Below are positions 1 to 7,374 of a stretch of DNA of 16,550 nucleotides, in pieces (positions within the stretch are counted from its first letter, which is position 1; every line of letters starts with the position of its first letter). The DNA is taken from NCBI RefSeq assembly GCF_042660085.1, contig NZ_JBHSTI010000033.1, forward strand, positions 1-16,550, in the 5' to 3' direction. The DNA is from Longivirga aurantiaca (GTDB taxonomy: Bacteria > Actinomycetota > Actinomycetes > S36-B12 > CAIYMF01). The translations under genes were made by a program, and so were the position numbers. The notes beneath the pieces were generated by a model. It saw only the letters and a list, made by a program, of their open reading frames with translations. It was not told the DNA's origin and searched no databases.

Positions 1-942
1 GACGACGCGCGCCGGGCTCAGCTCGCCGAGGTGCACCCGGGGGTGCCCGCGCTGGCCTCGCTGCGCGAGCTCGTCGACGCCGGCGCCGAGGCCGTCGCGA
101 TCAGCTCCACCACCGGCACGCATGCAGCGCTCGCGCACGAGGCGCTCGACCTCGGCCTGCACGTGGTGGTCGACAAGCCGCTCGCGGTCGACGCCGCCTC
201 GGCGGCCGAGGTCGTCGAGCACGCCGACCGCGCCGGGCTGCTGCTGTCGGTGTTCCAGAACCGGCGCTGGGACTCGGACTTCCTCACGGTGAAGCGGGTG
301 CTCGCCGAGGGGACGCTCGGCGAGGTGTTCCGGTTCGAGTCGCGCTTCGAGCGCTGGTCGCCCGGGCCCCCGCGCGCGTGGTGGCGCAGCGAGCTCCCGC
401 CGTCCGAGGGCGGCGGCGTACGCCTGGACCTCGGCACCCACCTCGTCGACCAGGCGGTGGCGCTGTTCGGGCCGGTCGCGTCGGTGTACGCCGAGGCCTT
501 CACCCGCCGGCCGACGGGGCGCGCCGAGGACGACCTCACGGTGGTGCTGACGCACGCGAACGGCGTGGTGTCGACGCTCGCGGCCAACACCTGGAGCGGC
601 GACATCACGCGGCGGTTCCGCGTGCTCGGCCGCGAGGGCGCGTACGTCGTCGGCGGTGCGGACAGCCAGGAGGACCTGCTGCGCGCGGGGCTGACGCCGG
701 CGTCCGAGGGCGATGCGTGGGGCAGCGAGCCGGTGGAGAGCTGGGGGCACGTGCACCGCGGCGAGGAGCGCACGGTGGTGCCGACCGAGCGCGGCCGGTG
801 GGACACGTTCTACCCTGCGTTCGCCGCCGCCGTCCGGGGCGAGGGCGACGTACCCGTCGACCCGCGCGAGGCCCTGGCCGTCCTGCGCGTGCTCGACGCC
901 GCCGCCGAGAGCGCCGCCACCGCCCGCATCGTCACCCTCTGA
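1..942 (+). CDS. Gfo/Idh/MocA-family NAD(P)-dependent oxidoreductase, 5'-truncated by window edge
   Basis: Frame is open from base 1 (GAC GAC GCG ... ) to TGA at 940-942. The protein contains AVAISSTTGTHAALAHEALDLGLHVVVDKPLAVD (typical cofactor-domain EKP-like loop, here DKP), FQNRRWDSDFLTVKRVLAEGTLGEVFRFESRFERW and GGGVRLDLGTHLVDQAVALFG. The GTG at 31 is probably internal. Confidence 0.88.
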   Translation, partial: DDARRAQLAEVHPGVPALASLRELVDAGAEAVAISSTTGTHAALAHEALDLGLHVVVDKPLAVDAASAAEVVEHADRAGLLLSVFQNRRWDSDFLTVKRVLAEGTLGEVFRFESRFERWSPGPPRAWWRSELPPSEGGGVRLDLGTHLVDQAVALFGPVASVYAEAFTRRPTGRAEDDLTVVLTHANGVVSTLAANTWSGDITRRFRVLGREGAYVVGGADSQEDLLRAGLTPASEGDAWGSEPVESWGHVHRGEERTVVPTERGRWDTFYPAFAAAVRGEGDVPVDPREALAVLRVLDAAAESAATARIVTL

Positions 943-1013
943 CCCCGGCTTTGGGCCCTGAGGGTCGATCACGGCAGTTCACCTGCACTCCTTGACCCCT
1001 ACTCGCGATCTTG

Positions 1014-1041
1014 GTCCCGCCGTCATGCCGTACGGCGGGAC
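1014..1041. terminator. Perfect 10-bp inverted repeat with 8-nt loop between convergent genes; candidate bidirectional terminator
   Basis: GTCCCGCCGT-catgccgt-ACGGCGGGAC at 1014-1023 / 1032-1041, touching the stop codon of the minus-strand gene (1041-1043). No T tract seen. Confidence 0.5.
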
Positions 1042-3011
1042 TACTCGAAGACGGCCTCGCGGAACTCCTCGCGCTGTTGGCAGGCGGTCTTGATCGCCTC
1101 GAGCTGCTCGTCCGAGCACTCGAGGTCGAACACGTCGCGGATGAACTCGGGCAGGTCCGCGCGGTAGTCGTGCGCCCAGGCGCGGTACGAGCCCGGCAGC
1201 TGCGCGTTCTTCATGTCGACGAGCAGCTGGAAGAACGTCGTGATCGGACGCCACCGCATCGACGACGGGATGCCGCGCGGCGACCGGCCCGGCAGCTCCT
1301 CGAGCCGCGGGCGGTTGGGCCCGAGCCACTCCGGACGCCGGTTGAGGAGGTTCGCCCCGAACTTGGTGACGCCGTCGTTGTCGTGCGACAGGAGCACGTA
1401 GTGCTTGCGCTCCTTGGCCTCCTCGCCGTACGCCAGGAACTGCTCGTAGTCGTTGACGACTGCCACGGCGTCGTGATCGACGTCGAGGCGGTCCGGGTCG
1501 AGCAGCTCGTGCCGCCACTTGCTGCCCTCGGGCGTGCCGATCCAGAGCGCGCGGTCGATGCCGAGCGCCTGCGGGCCGAGAGTGCCCCAGCCCACGAACG
1601 CCGACTGGCTCGTGTGGGCACCGAGCGACTCGCCGAACAGCACGACCCGCGGACGCTTCTCCGGCGGCATCTCGCGGATGCGCTGCAGGATCCGCAGCCA
1701 CAGCAGGCGGTTCTGCTCCTTGGCGTCGCCGATCTTGCCCAGCGACAGCGGGGACGGGCGCTTGGAGTACTGCAGCGTCACCGACGCCATGTCGCCGCGC
1801 GTCATGTACTGCGTCGCTGCGATGGCGACGTAGTTGACGTAGCCGGTGCCGGTGGGTGAGACGAGCATGATCAGCGACCGCGACCACGCGTCGGTGCGGT
1901 CCATCTCGGCGAGTGCGAGCTCGACGCGCTCCTTCGCCGTCGCCGCGCTGTCGAGACCGATGAAGATCTGGATCGGCGTGGCCTTGGCCGGCTCCTTCAT
2001 CACCGTCTTGATCGACAGCTCGGGGCGCTCGACGCCGTTGATCATGGCCGGCGCGCTCTCCCACTTCTCCGGGCGCACGTAGGTCACGACGTGACGCCGA
2101 CCCTCGCGGCCGAGGGTCTCCCAGCGCACGAGGCTCTCGGGGTCACCGCTCACGAGCGGGTGGGTCCACACCCCGGGCGCGGACTCGTCGATCCCCTCGT
2201 CGTACGTCGAGGTGCCCGCCTCGATACCGTGCATGGCCCGCTTCCAGAGCAGGCTGGTGCCGTAGCCGACACCACCGAGCATCGCGAGGTGCCCGGCGCG
2301 GCGCCACGTGGTCTCCGAGCCCGGCAGCACGCGGCTGCCGACCGAGCCGAGCTGGCGGGCGGCCCACGACTCGCCGATCGCGAGGCCGGCGATGCCGAGG
2401 ACGACACCCATTCCGGCCGCGAGCCCGAGGGCGGGGTTGGACTTCGCCGGGTCGGAGTAGTGCTCGGGCGGGGTCTCGCGCTGGCGGATGCTCTCGATCA
2501 CGCCGGCGGTCACGAGGCCGACCGGGATGGCGATCGGCAGGCGCTCGATGCGGCCGTTGGCCCCGACCAGCTCGTCGAACGCCTTCGTGCCCCACATCGC
2601 GGCGGCGAGGATCGTGGCACCTGCGCCCGTGACGGCGAAGCGCCAGCCGAGCTGACGGATGAGGCCCCGCGTGGCCGTCTCGTTCGGCCGGTGGCCGATG
2701 AAGGCGACGACGCCGAACCCGACGGGGACCACGGCGACGTCGAGCAGGAGCGACGCCGCCCGCTGGCGCTGGTCCATCGTCCAGTGCTCGGGGAACGGGA
2801 AGACGGTCGACATCGCGCCGCCAGCGCCCTCGATGACATCCTGCGCGACTGCCGTCAGGAGGAAGTGGGTGCCGGTCGCGAGGCCCGTGATGAGCCCCTG
2901 GTCGATCCAGCTGCGGTCCGAGAGGGACCGCGTGAAGGTGCCGGGCACCGCTGCCGACGCGAGCACCAGACCGACCTGCTGGCCCCGCCCGACGATCTCC
3001 TTGCTGACCAC
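1041..3011 (-). CDS. Membrane-associated alpha/beta-hydrolase family protein (N-terminal hydrophobic region plus catalytic domain, Abhydrolase_9-like)
   Basis: 656 aa. GTG at 3011 is preceded on the minus strand by AGGGGAGG-TTGAC-GTG (good RBS). N-terminal membrane-like segments precede VVLFGESLGAHTSQ (GxSxG elbow) and a soluble C-terminal half. The track ORF to 4514 is a frame extension into high-GC upstream DNA. Confidence 0.8.
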   Translation of the reverse strand: MVSKEIVGRGQQVGLVLASAAVPGTFTRSLSDRSWIDQGLITGLATGTHFLLTAVAQDVIEGAGGAMSTVFPFPEHWTMDQRQRAASLLLDVAVVPVGFGVVAFIGHRPNETATRGLIRQLGWRFAVTGAGATILAAAMWGTKAFDELVGANGRIERLPIAIPVGLVTAGVIESIRQRETPPEHYSDPAKSNPALGLAAGMGVVLGIAGLAIGESWAARQLGSVGSRVLPGSETTWRRAGHLAMLGGVGYGTSLLWKRAMHGIEAGTSTYDEGIDESAPGVWTHPLVSGDPESLVRWETLGREGRRHVVTYVRPEKWESAPAMINGVERPELSIKTVMKEPAKATPIQIFIGLDSAATAKERVELALAEMDRTDAWSRSLIMLVSPTGTGYVNYVAIAATQYMTRGDMASVTLQYSKRPSPLSLGKIGDAKEQNRLLWLRILQRIREMPPEKRPRVVLFGESLGAHTSQSAFVGWGTLGPQALGIDRALWIGTPEGSKWRHELLDPDRLDVDHDAVAVVNDYEQFLAYGEEAKERKHYVLLSHDNDGVTKFGANLLNRRPEWLGPNRPRLEELPGRSPRGIPSSMRWRPITTFFQLLVDMKNAQLPGSYRAWAHDYRADLPEFIRDVFDLECSDEQLEAIKTACQQREEFREAVFE

Positions 3012-3089
3012 GTCAACCTCCCCTGGCCTGCGCCGACCACGTCCGTCTGCGACCGTAGTGCACCAGGACGGGTGAGGGAGAGGCGACCG

Positions 3090-3875
3090 GTGAAGGTGCT
3101 CAGCCGCACGGCGGGCGGCGTGGCGCTCGTGGCGGGCATCGTCATGGGCGTCTGGCTGCTCGGCGACATCGGCGCCATGGCCGGGGTCGTGCTCGCGATG
3201 CTCGGCTTCCAGGCCCTCACCCGGAAGGTCGAGGGCCAGCACTACGTCAGCGCCGCCCTCATCACCACCGCCGGCCTCATCGTCATCGGCTGGAAGCACG
3301 GCGTCACGCTGACCGAGCTCGGGCTCGGACGCAGCACCTGGCTCACCGGTCTCATCTGGTCGGTCGGCATCATCCTGACGATCGGGATCGTGATCGGGAT
3401 CGCCGGCGGCATCCCGCGCATGCACAAGTACTTCGCGGACGACCGGGTCTCCGACGCCGACGGCGTCCTCACGTCGAGGCGCGTGCTGCTCGACATCCCC
3501 TTCGGCACGGTTCTCGTGGAGGAGTTCGCCTTTCGCGGACTGCTCCTCGCGCTCATGACCGCGCAGTGGGGGGTCGTCTGGGCGGTCGCGATCACGTCGC
3601 TGCTCTTCGGGCTCTGGCACATCGGGCCGGCGCTGGAGATGCACAGCGCGCACCAGGAGGCGACGGGCCACGTGCTCGTCACCGTCGGCTCGACCGTGCT
3701 GTTCACCGGCCTGTCCGGCGTGGGGTTCGCAGTGCTGCGGATCTTCACCGGCAGCCTGTTCCCGCCGGCCGCCCTGCACTGGGCCGCCAACGGCACCGGC
3801 GTCGTGGTCGGCTTCTTCGTCAACCGCCGCCTGCGCCACCAGGCCGAGGCCGCAGCCCTCGACCCCCCGGCATAG
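3090..3875 (+). CDS. CPBP-family (type II CAAX prenyl endopeptidase-like) intramembrane metalloprotease
   Basis: 261 aa from GTG at 3090 with upstream GGGAGAGG. Contains LVEEFAFRGLLLAL (EExxxR), LLFGLWHIG (FxxxH-like) and ALHWAANGTG, plus multiple hydrophobic segments. Confidence 0.87.
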   Translation: MKVLSRTAGGVALVAGIVMGVWLLGDIGAMAGVVLAMLGFQALTRKVEGQHYVSAALITTAGLIVIGWKHGVTLTELGLGRSTWLTGLIWSVGIILTIGIVIGIAGGIPRMHKYFADDRVSDADGVLTSRRVLLDIPFGTVLVEEFAFRGLLLALMTAQWGVVWAVAITSLLFGLWHIGPALEMHSAHQEATGHVLVTVGSTVLFTGLSGVGFAVLRIFTGSLFPPAALHWAANGTGVVVGFFVNRRLRHQAEAAALDPPA

Positions 3876-3925
3876 CGCTGGGCGAGGGCTCCCCCGGCGG
3901 CGGCCAGGTCGCGCCGAAGTAGCGG

Positions 3926-4624
3926 CTACGCGCCCCAGGAATCGGGGTGAGCCGTCGGGCCGGACACCTCGGTCAGCGTGGCCACGACGTCGCCCGTCGT
4001 ACGCCGGAGCAGCAGCCCACCGGGGCCCACGACGTCCTCGCCCGACCGGTCGAGCCCGTCCCCGCTGAGCCGCCAGTGCCGCAGCGTGCCATCGACGTCC
4101 GAGCCGCCGACCATCACCACCTCGTCGCCGGCGTCCTGCACGGACACCTCGACCGGCACCGGCACGAGGAAGGTCGACGCGTCGAGCGCATCGCCCACCT
4201 CGAAGGAGTACGCCGGGCCCGCGGCGAGCCGTCCGCCGAGCACCAGGGCGGGGAGCACGAGCGGGCCGCCGACCGAGACGGGCTCGAGCTCGACGTCGTC
4301 GACGAACCGGCGCACCTCGACGGCACCCGGCACCTCGACGCAGGCGACCGTCGCGCCCCGGACGACTCCGGTGCCCGAGCCGACCCAGCGCAGGACGACG
4401 GCGAAGACCTCGGCCGACCAGCGCGCGTCGACCTCGAGCCGGCTCACCGGGGCCGCCGCGATCCGGGTCGAGCGCACCCGCCAGGCGCCCGGACCGACCT
4501 CGCCCGCCACCCACTGCTCGTCGACCCCGGCAGCACCGCCGTCCACCCGCCGGTGGAGGTAGCGCCCTCGTGACCGGTCGGCGTCCTTCGGCATATCGGG
4601 CATCGCGGGATCAGCAGCGCTCAC
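3926..4624 (-). CDS. Hypothetical protein (about 232 aa)
   Basis: Open frame with GTG at 4624 preceded by GGGAGGATGAGGGC. The protein is plausible (LHRRVDGGAAGVDEQWV...FLVPVPVEVSVQDAGDEVVMVGGSDVDGTLRHWRLSG) but I recognise no family. Start uncertain. Confidence 0.55.
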   Translation of the reverse strand: MSAADPAMPDMPKDADRSRGRYLHRRVDGGAAGVDEQWVAGEVGPGAWRVRSTRIAAAPVSRLEVDARWSAEVFAVVLRWVGSGTGVVRGATVACVEVPGAVEVRRFVDDVELEPVSVGGPLVLPALVLGGRLAAGPAYSFEVGDALDASTFLVPVPVEVSVQDAGDEVVMVGGSDVDGTLRHWRLSGDGLDRSGEDVVGPGGLLLRRTTGDVVATLTEVSGPTAHPDSWGA

Positions 4625-4716
4625 GCCCTCATCCTCCCAGCCGCCCGCGGGCCCGCACCTCGCCGACACCGCGACCTCGGTCACCACGGGGCCGTGCCTC
4701 GCGACAGGATGTGCCC

Positions 4717-5280
4717 GTGGAGCTTCAGGGAGCCGTGCGACCCGACCAGCCGCTGCTCGTCGTCGCGCTCGACCTCGAGGCGGCGCAGCTCGGCGACCGT
4801 CTGCCCGTGCTGCTGACCGGCGTCGGCAAGGTCCGGGCGGCCATCGCGGTGACGCGGCTGCTCGCCACCGCGCGGCCCTCGATGGTCGTCAACATCGGCA
4901 CCGCGGGCGGCCTCCGGCATGGGCTCGACGGCGTCCACGAGATCGGGACCGTCCTCCAGCACGACTTCGCCAGCGAGGCGATCGAGAAGATCACCGGCAT
5001 CCGGTTCGGGCCGCCGATCGAGCTGGGCGCAGGGCTCACGCTCGCGACCGGCGACCAGTTCGTGCAGGGCGGACCGGTCCGCGACGCGCTCGCCGAGCGC
5101 GCCGACCTCGTCGACATGGAGGCGTACGCCGTCGCCGCGGCGTGCCGTGAGGCCGACGTGCCGGTGCGCATCGTGAAGCTCGTGAGCGACGACGCCGACG
5201 AGCACGCGCTGCGGTCGTGGGTCGACACCGTCTCCGACCACGCCCGCACCCTCGCGACCTGGGTCGACGAGCACCTGTAG
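4717..5280 (+). CDS. Nucleosidase of the 5'-methylthioadenosine/S-adenosylhomocysteine nucleosidase (PNP/UDP) superfamily
   Basis: 187 aa: LLTGVGKVRAAIAVTRLL, VVNIGTAGGLRHGLDGVHEIGTVLQHDF, ATGDQFVQG, VDMEAYAVAAACREADVPVRIVKLVSDDAD. Start at 4717 (or 4711). Confidence 0.85.
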   Translation: MELQGAVRPDQPLLVVALDLEAAQLGDRLPVLLTGVGKVRAAIAVTRLLATARPSMVVNIGTAGGLRHGLDGVHEIGTVLQHDFASEAIEKITGIRFGPPIELGAGLTLATGDQFVQGGPVRDALAERADLVDMEAYAVAAACREADVPVRIVKLVSDDADEHALRSWVDTVSDHARTLATWVDEHL

Positions 5281-5296
5281 ACCAGGCGGCACGGCG

Positions 5297-5416
5297 TAGC
5301 TGAGTCGTGGATCCGTCGCAGAGCGCACGCGCGTTACCCGGGTAACCCGGGTCGCCTCTAGCTGAGTCGTGGATCCGTCGCAGAGCGCACGCTCGTTACC
5401 CGGGTAACCCGGGTCG
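5297..5416. repeat. Two tandem copies of a 62-bp unit, each carrying a GTTACCCGGGTAAC palindrome and a 7-bp ACCCGGG-TAA-CCCGGGT foldback
   Basis: Unit 1 (5297-5358) TAGCTGAGTCGTGGATCCGTCGCAGAGCGCACGCGCGTTACCCGGGTAACCCGGGTCGCCTC. Unit 2 starts at 5359 with the same sequence apart from one g/t change (5331/5393) and divergence after GGGTCGC. Located between convergent genes ending at 5280 and 5421. Confidence 0.92.
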
Positions 5417-5420
5417 CGCG

Positions 5421-6296
5421 TCAGGCGCGGAGGATCGGGCGGGTCATGCAGGTGGGGCCGCCCTCGCCCTTGTCGCTCTGCTCGGAGTCGAAGGTGTGCA
5501 CCTCGACACCCTTCTCGCGCAAGGCATCCGCGGTCCGCACGTTGCGCTCGCCCATCAGCACGACGCCGGGACGCACCGCGAGGATGTTGCAGCCGAGGGT
5601 GACGTACTCCTCGTCGTCGACGACGATCCACTCGATGCCGCGCTTGGCCAGCGACTGCAGCATCGCGACGGGCGCGAGCTTCTCGTAGACGACGGCGAGG
5701 TCCTCGCGCACCGGCGAGATGGTCGACATCAGGTGCAGGCAGTACTCCGGGCCGAGGTCGTGCGGGAGGTCGAAGACCTCGACCTTCACGCCGTCGGCGG
5801 CGAGGATCCCACGCACCTGGTCGACCGCGTCCTGGTTCGTGCGGTAGCTGCGGCCGATCGCGACGGTGTCCTCGTCCATCCAGTACATGTCGCCGGCATC
5901 CGCCGTGGCGTCGCCGACGAGACGGCCCACGGTCGGAACGCCGGCCGACTCGAGGCCCGCGATGAGGTGCGCACCCTCACCACGTCGCGCCTCCTTGGCC
6001 GCGACCAGCTCGATCGACCCCGACGGGCCGACGAAGACGGGGTCGTACACGAACACGGCGTCCGGCAGGCCCGGCACGGGGTCGAGCTCGACGACGTCCG
6101 ACCCGAGGTCGCGCAAGGTCTGCACGAAGCCCGCGTGCTGCGCGGCGAGGCGGTCGAGGTCGGGCGTCTGCCAGTGCGCCGCCTCGTACTGCGCGACGAC
6201 GTCGGGGCCGCCGGTGAGCGGGCGGCGCACGGCGACGCGCAGGAGCGGCGCGACCGACGAGCGGACGCCGTACGACGAGGTGGTGGATGCGGTCAT
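5421..6296 (-). CDS. Dimethylarginine dimethylaminohydrolase / arginine deiminase-like amidinotransferase-family protein
   Basis: 291 aa from ATG 6296. Contains LPDAVFVYDPVFVG, DAGDMYWMDEDTVAIGRSYRTNQDAVDQ, HLMSTISPV, YVTLGCNILAVRPG and GGPTCMTRPI (C-terminal catalytic Cys context). Confidence 0.85.
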   Translation of the reverse strand: MTASTTSSYGVRSSVAPLLRVAVRRPLTGGPDVVAQYEAAHWQTPDLDRLAAQHAGFVQTLRDLGSDVVELDPVPGLPDAVFVYDPVFVGPSGSIELVAAKEARRGEGAHLIAGLESAGVPTVGRLVGDATADAGDMYWMDEDTVAIGRSYRTNQDAVDQVRGILAADGVKVEVFDLPHDLGPEYCLHLMSTISPVREDLAVVYEKLAPVAMLQSLAKRGIEWIVVDDEEYVTLGCNILAVRPGVVLMGERNVRTADALREKGVEVHTFDSEQSDKGEGGPTCMTRPILRA

Positions 6297-6348
6297 GGGC
6301 GGGAGCCTGCCAGAGCGGGGAGGCAGCAGGAAACCCGTGTGCCGACGC

Positions 6349-6378
6349 CGTCGAATCCGGGAGGGTGTGCTCGTACAG
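6349..6378 (+). promoter_or_regulatory. Candidate ECF42-type promoter of the first YCII/DGPF gene
   Basis: CGTCGA-ATCCGGGAGGGTGTGCT-CGTACAG (GTCGA at 6350-6354, 17-nt spacer, CGTACAG at 6372-6378), 41 nt upstream of ATG 6420. Confidence 0.65.
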
Positions 6379-6419
6379 GGGGTGAGGGGCGGCGAGGCGC
6401 CGCCCGCCGAGGAGGAGCC

Positions 6420-6770
6420 ATGGCCTACTACAAGCTGAGCGTCTGCTACCCGAACGGCGTCGCCGAGCCGGACGCCGACGAGCTCGCACGGATCATGGCC
6501 GAGGTGGGAGCGCTGAACGACGACCTCAAGGCGGCGGGCGCCTGGGTGTTCGGTGGCGGCCTGCACGAGCCGTCGACCGCCACGGTGGTCGTGACGACCG
6601 AGGGCAGCACGTCGATGACCGACGGCCCGTTCATCGAGTCCAAGGAGCAGATCGGCGGCTTCACCATCGTGGAGGTCGACGACCTCGACGCCGCGCTCGC
6701 CTGGGCCGCGCGGTTCTCCACCGCGACGGGCACCCCCATCGAGGTCTGGCCGTTCGCCGGCATCGGCTGA
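6420..6770 (+). CDS. YCII-related / DGPF-domain protein 1
   Basis: 116 aa from ATG with GGAGGAG RBS. Contains DDLKAAGAWVFGGGL and MTDGPFIESKEQIGGFTIVEVDDLDAALAWA...EVWPF. Confidence 0.92.
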   Translation: MAYYKLSVCYPNGVAEPDADELARIMAEVGALNDDLKAAGAWVFGGGLHEPSTATVVVTTEGSTSMTDGPFIESKEQIGGFTIVEVDDLDAALAWAARFSTATGTPIEVWPFAGIG

Positions 6771-6779
6771 GCGCCGTCC

Positions 6780-6809
6780 TGTCGAAGCGGCCCGACGCTG
6801 TTCGTACAG
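6780..6809 (+). promoter_or_regulatory. Candidate ECF42-type promoter of the second YCII/DGPF gene
   Basis: TGTCGA-AGCGGCCCGACGCTGTT-CGTACAG (6780-6785, 17-nt spacer, 6803-6809), about 120 nt upstream of ATG 6930. Confidence 0.7.
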
Positions 6810-6929
6810 CAGACGAGGGCGCCGCGACCGGCCCTCGCGAGGGAGGCCTGGCTGCCTCGTGGGCGGGCAGGGGCACCCTCATGCGGAATCTGAGAACGTT
6901 GTGGCACAGCATCACGAGAGGCGAGAACC

Positions 6930-7283
6930 ATGAGCGAGTACCTGCTGGCAGTGCACGGGTCGGACGACCAGGCCAACTACGCGACCGACGAGGAGATGCA
7001 GGCCGCGTTCGCAGCGGTCAACGCGTTCAACGCCGACCTGCAGGCGGCCGGCGCCTGGGTCTTCGCCGGCGGTCTGATGCCCAAGGAGACGGCGTCCGTC
7101 GTGCGGCCCACGGCCGACGGCGGGTTCACCCGTACCGACGGCCCGTTCCTCGAGAGCAAGGAGCACCTCGGCGGCTTCTGGGTGATCGACGTGGCCGACG
7201 ACGACGCGGCGTTCGAGTGGGCCGCCAAGGGGGCCAAGGCCTGCGCCCAGCCCGTCGAGGTGCGCCCCTTCCAGGGCGTGTGA
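6930..7283 (+). CDS. YCII-related / DGPF-domain protein 2
   Basis: 117 aa: MSEYLLAVHGSDD...LQAAGAWVFAGGL...TRTDGPFLESKEHLGGFWVIDVADDDAAFEWA...VEVRPFQGV. RBS-like GAGGCGAG before ATG. Confidence 0.93.
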   Translation: MSEYLLAVHGSDDQANYATDEEMQAAFAAVNAFNADLQAAGAWVFAGGLMPKETASVVRPTADGGFTRTDGPFLESKEHLGGFWVIDVADDDAAFEWAAKGAKACAQPVEVRPFQGV

Positions 7284-7315
7284 CCCTCCCAGCACCGGTG
7301 GCCCTCCCCGTGAGA

Positions 7316-7362
7316 CTGATCGATCCGTCGCTTCCCGGGCCGGGAGGCGACGGATCGATCAG
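7316..7362. repeat. Long foldback: 16-bp perfect outer arms plus about 6 inner pairs
   Basis: CTGATCGATCCGTCGC-TTCCCGGGCCGGGAG-GCGACGGATCGATCAG, lying between YCII gene 2 (ends 7283) and the sigma gene (starts 7375). Confidence 0.93.
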
Positions 7363-7374
7363 GGTGAGCAGGGG

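Noticed and set aside
3876-3925. Terminator hairpin between CPBP protease and hypothetical gene
   Set aside because: Only a bulged CTGGGCG/CGCCCCAG pairing and a tiny GTAGC-G-GCTAC palindrome are visible; too weak to claim.
3012-4514. Upstream part of the 1157-aa minus-strand ORF (1041-4514)
   Set aside because: Low-complexity Arg/Gly/Ala/Asp-rich translation antisense to the CPBP protease and overlapping the hypothetical gene. A good RBS and start exist at 3011, so the extension is a high-GC artefact.
5297-5416. Possible CRISPR array
   Set aside because: Only two directly adjacent 62-bp units with no distinct spacers and no cas genes. It is a tandem duplication.
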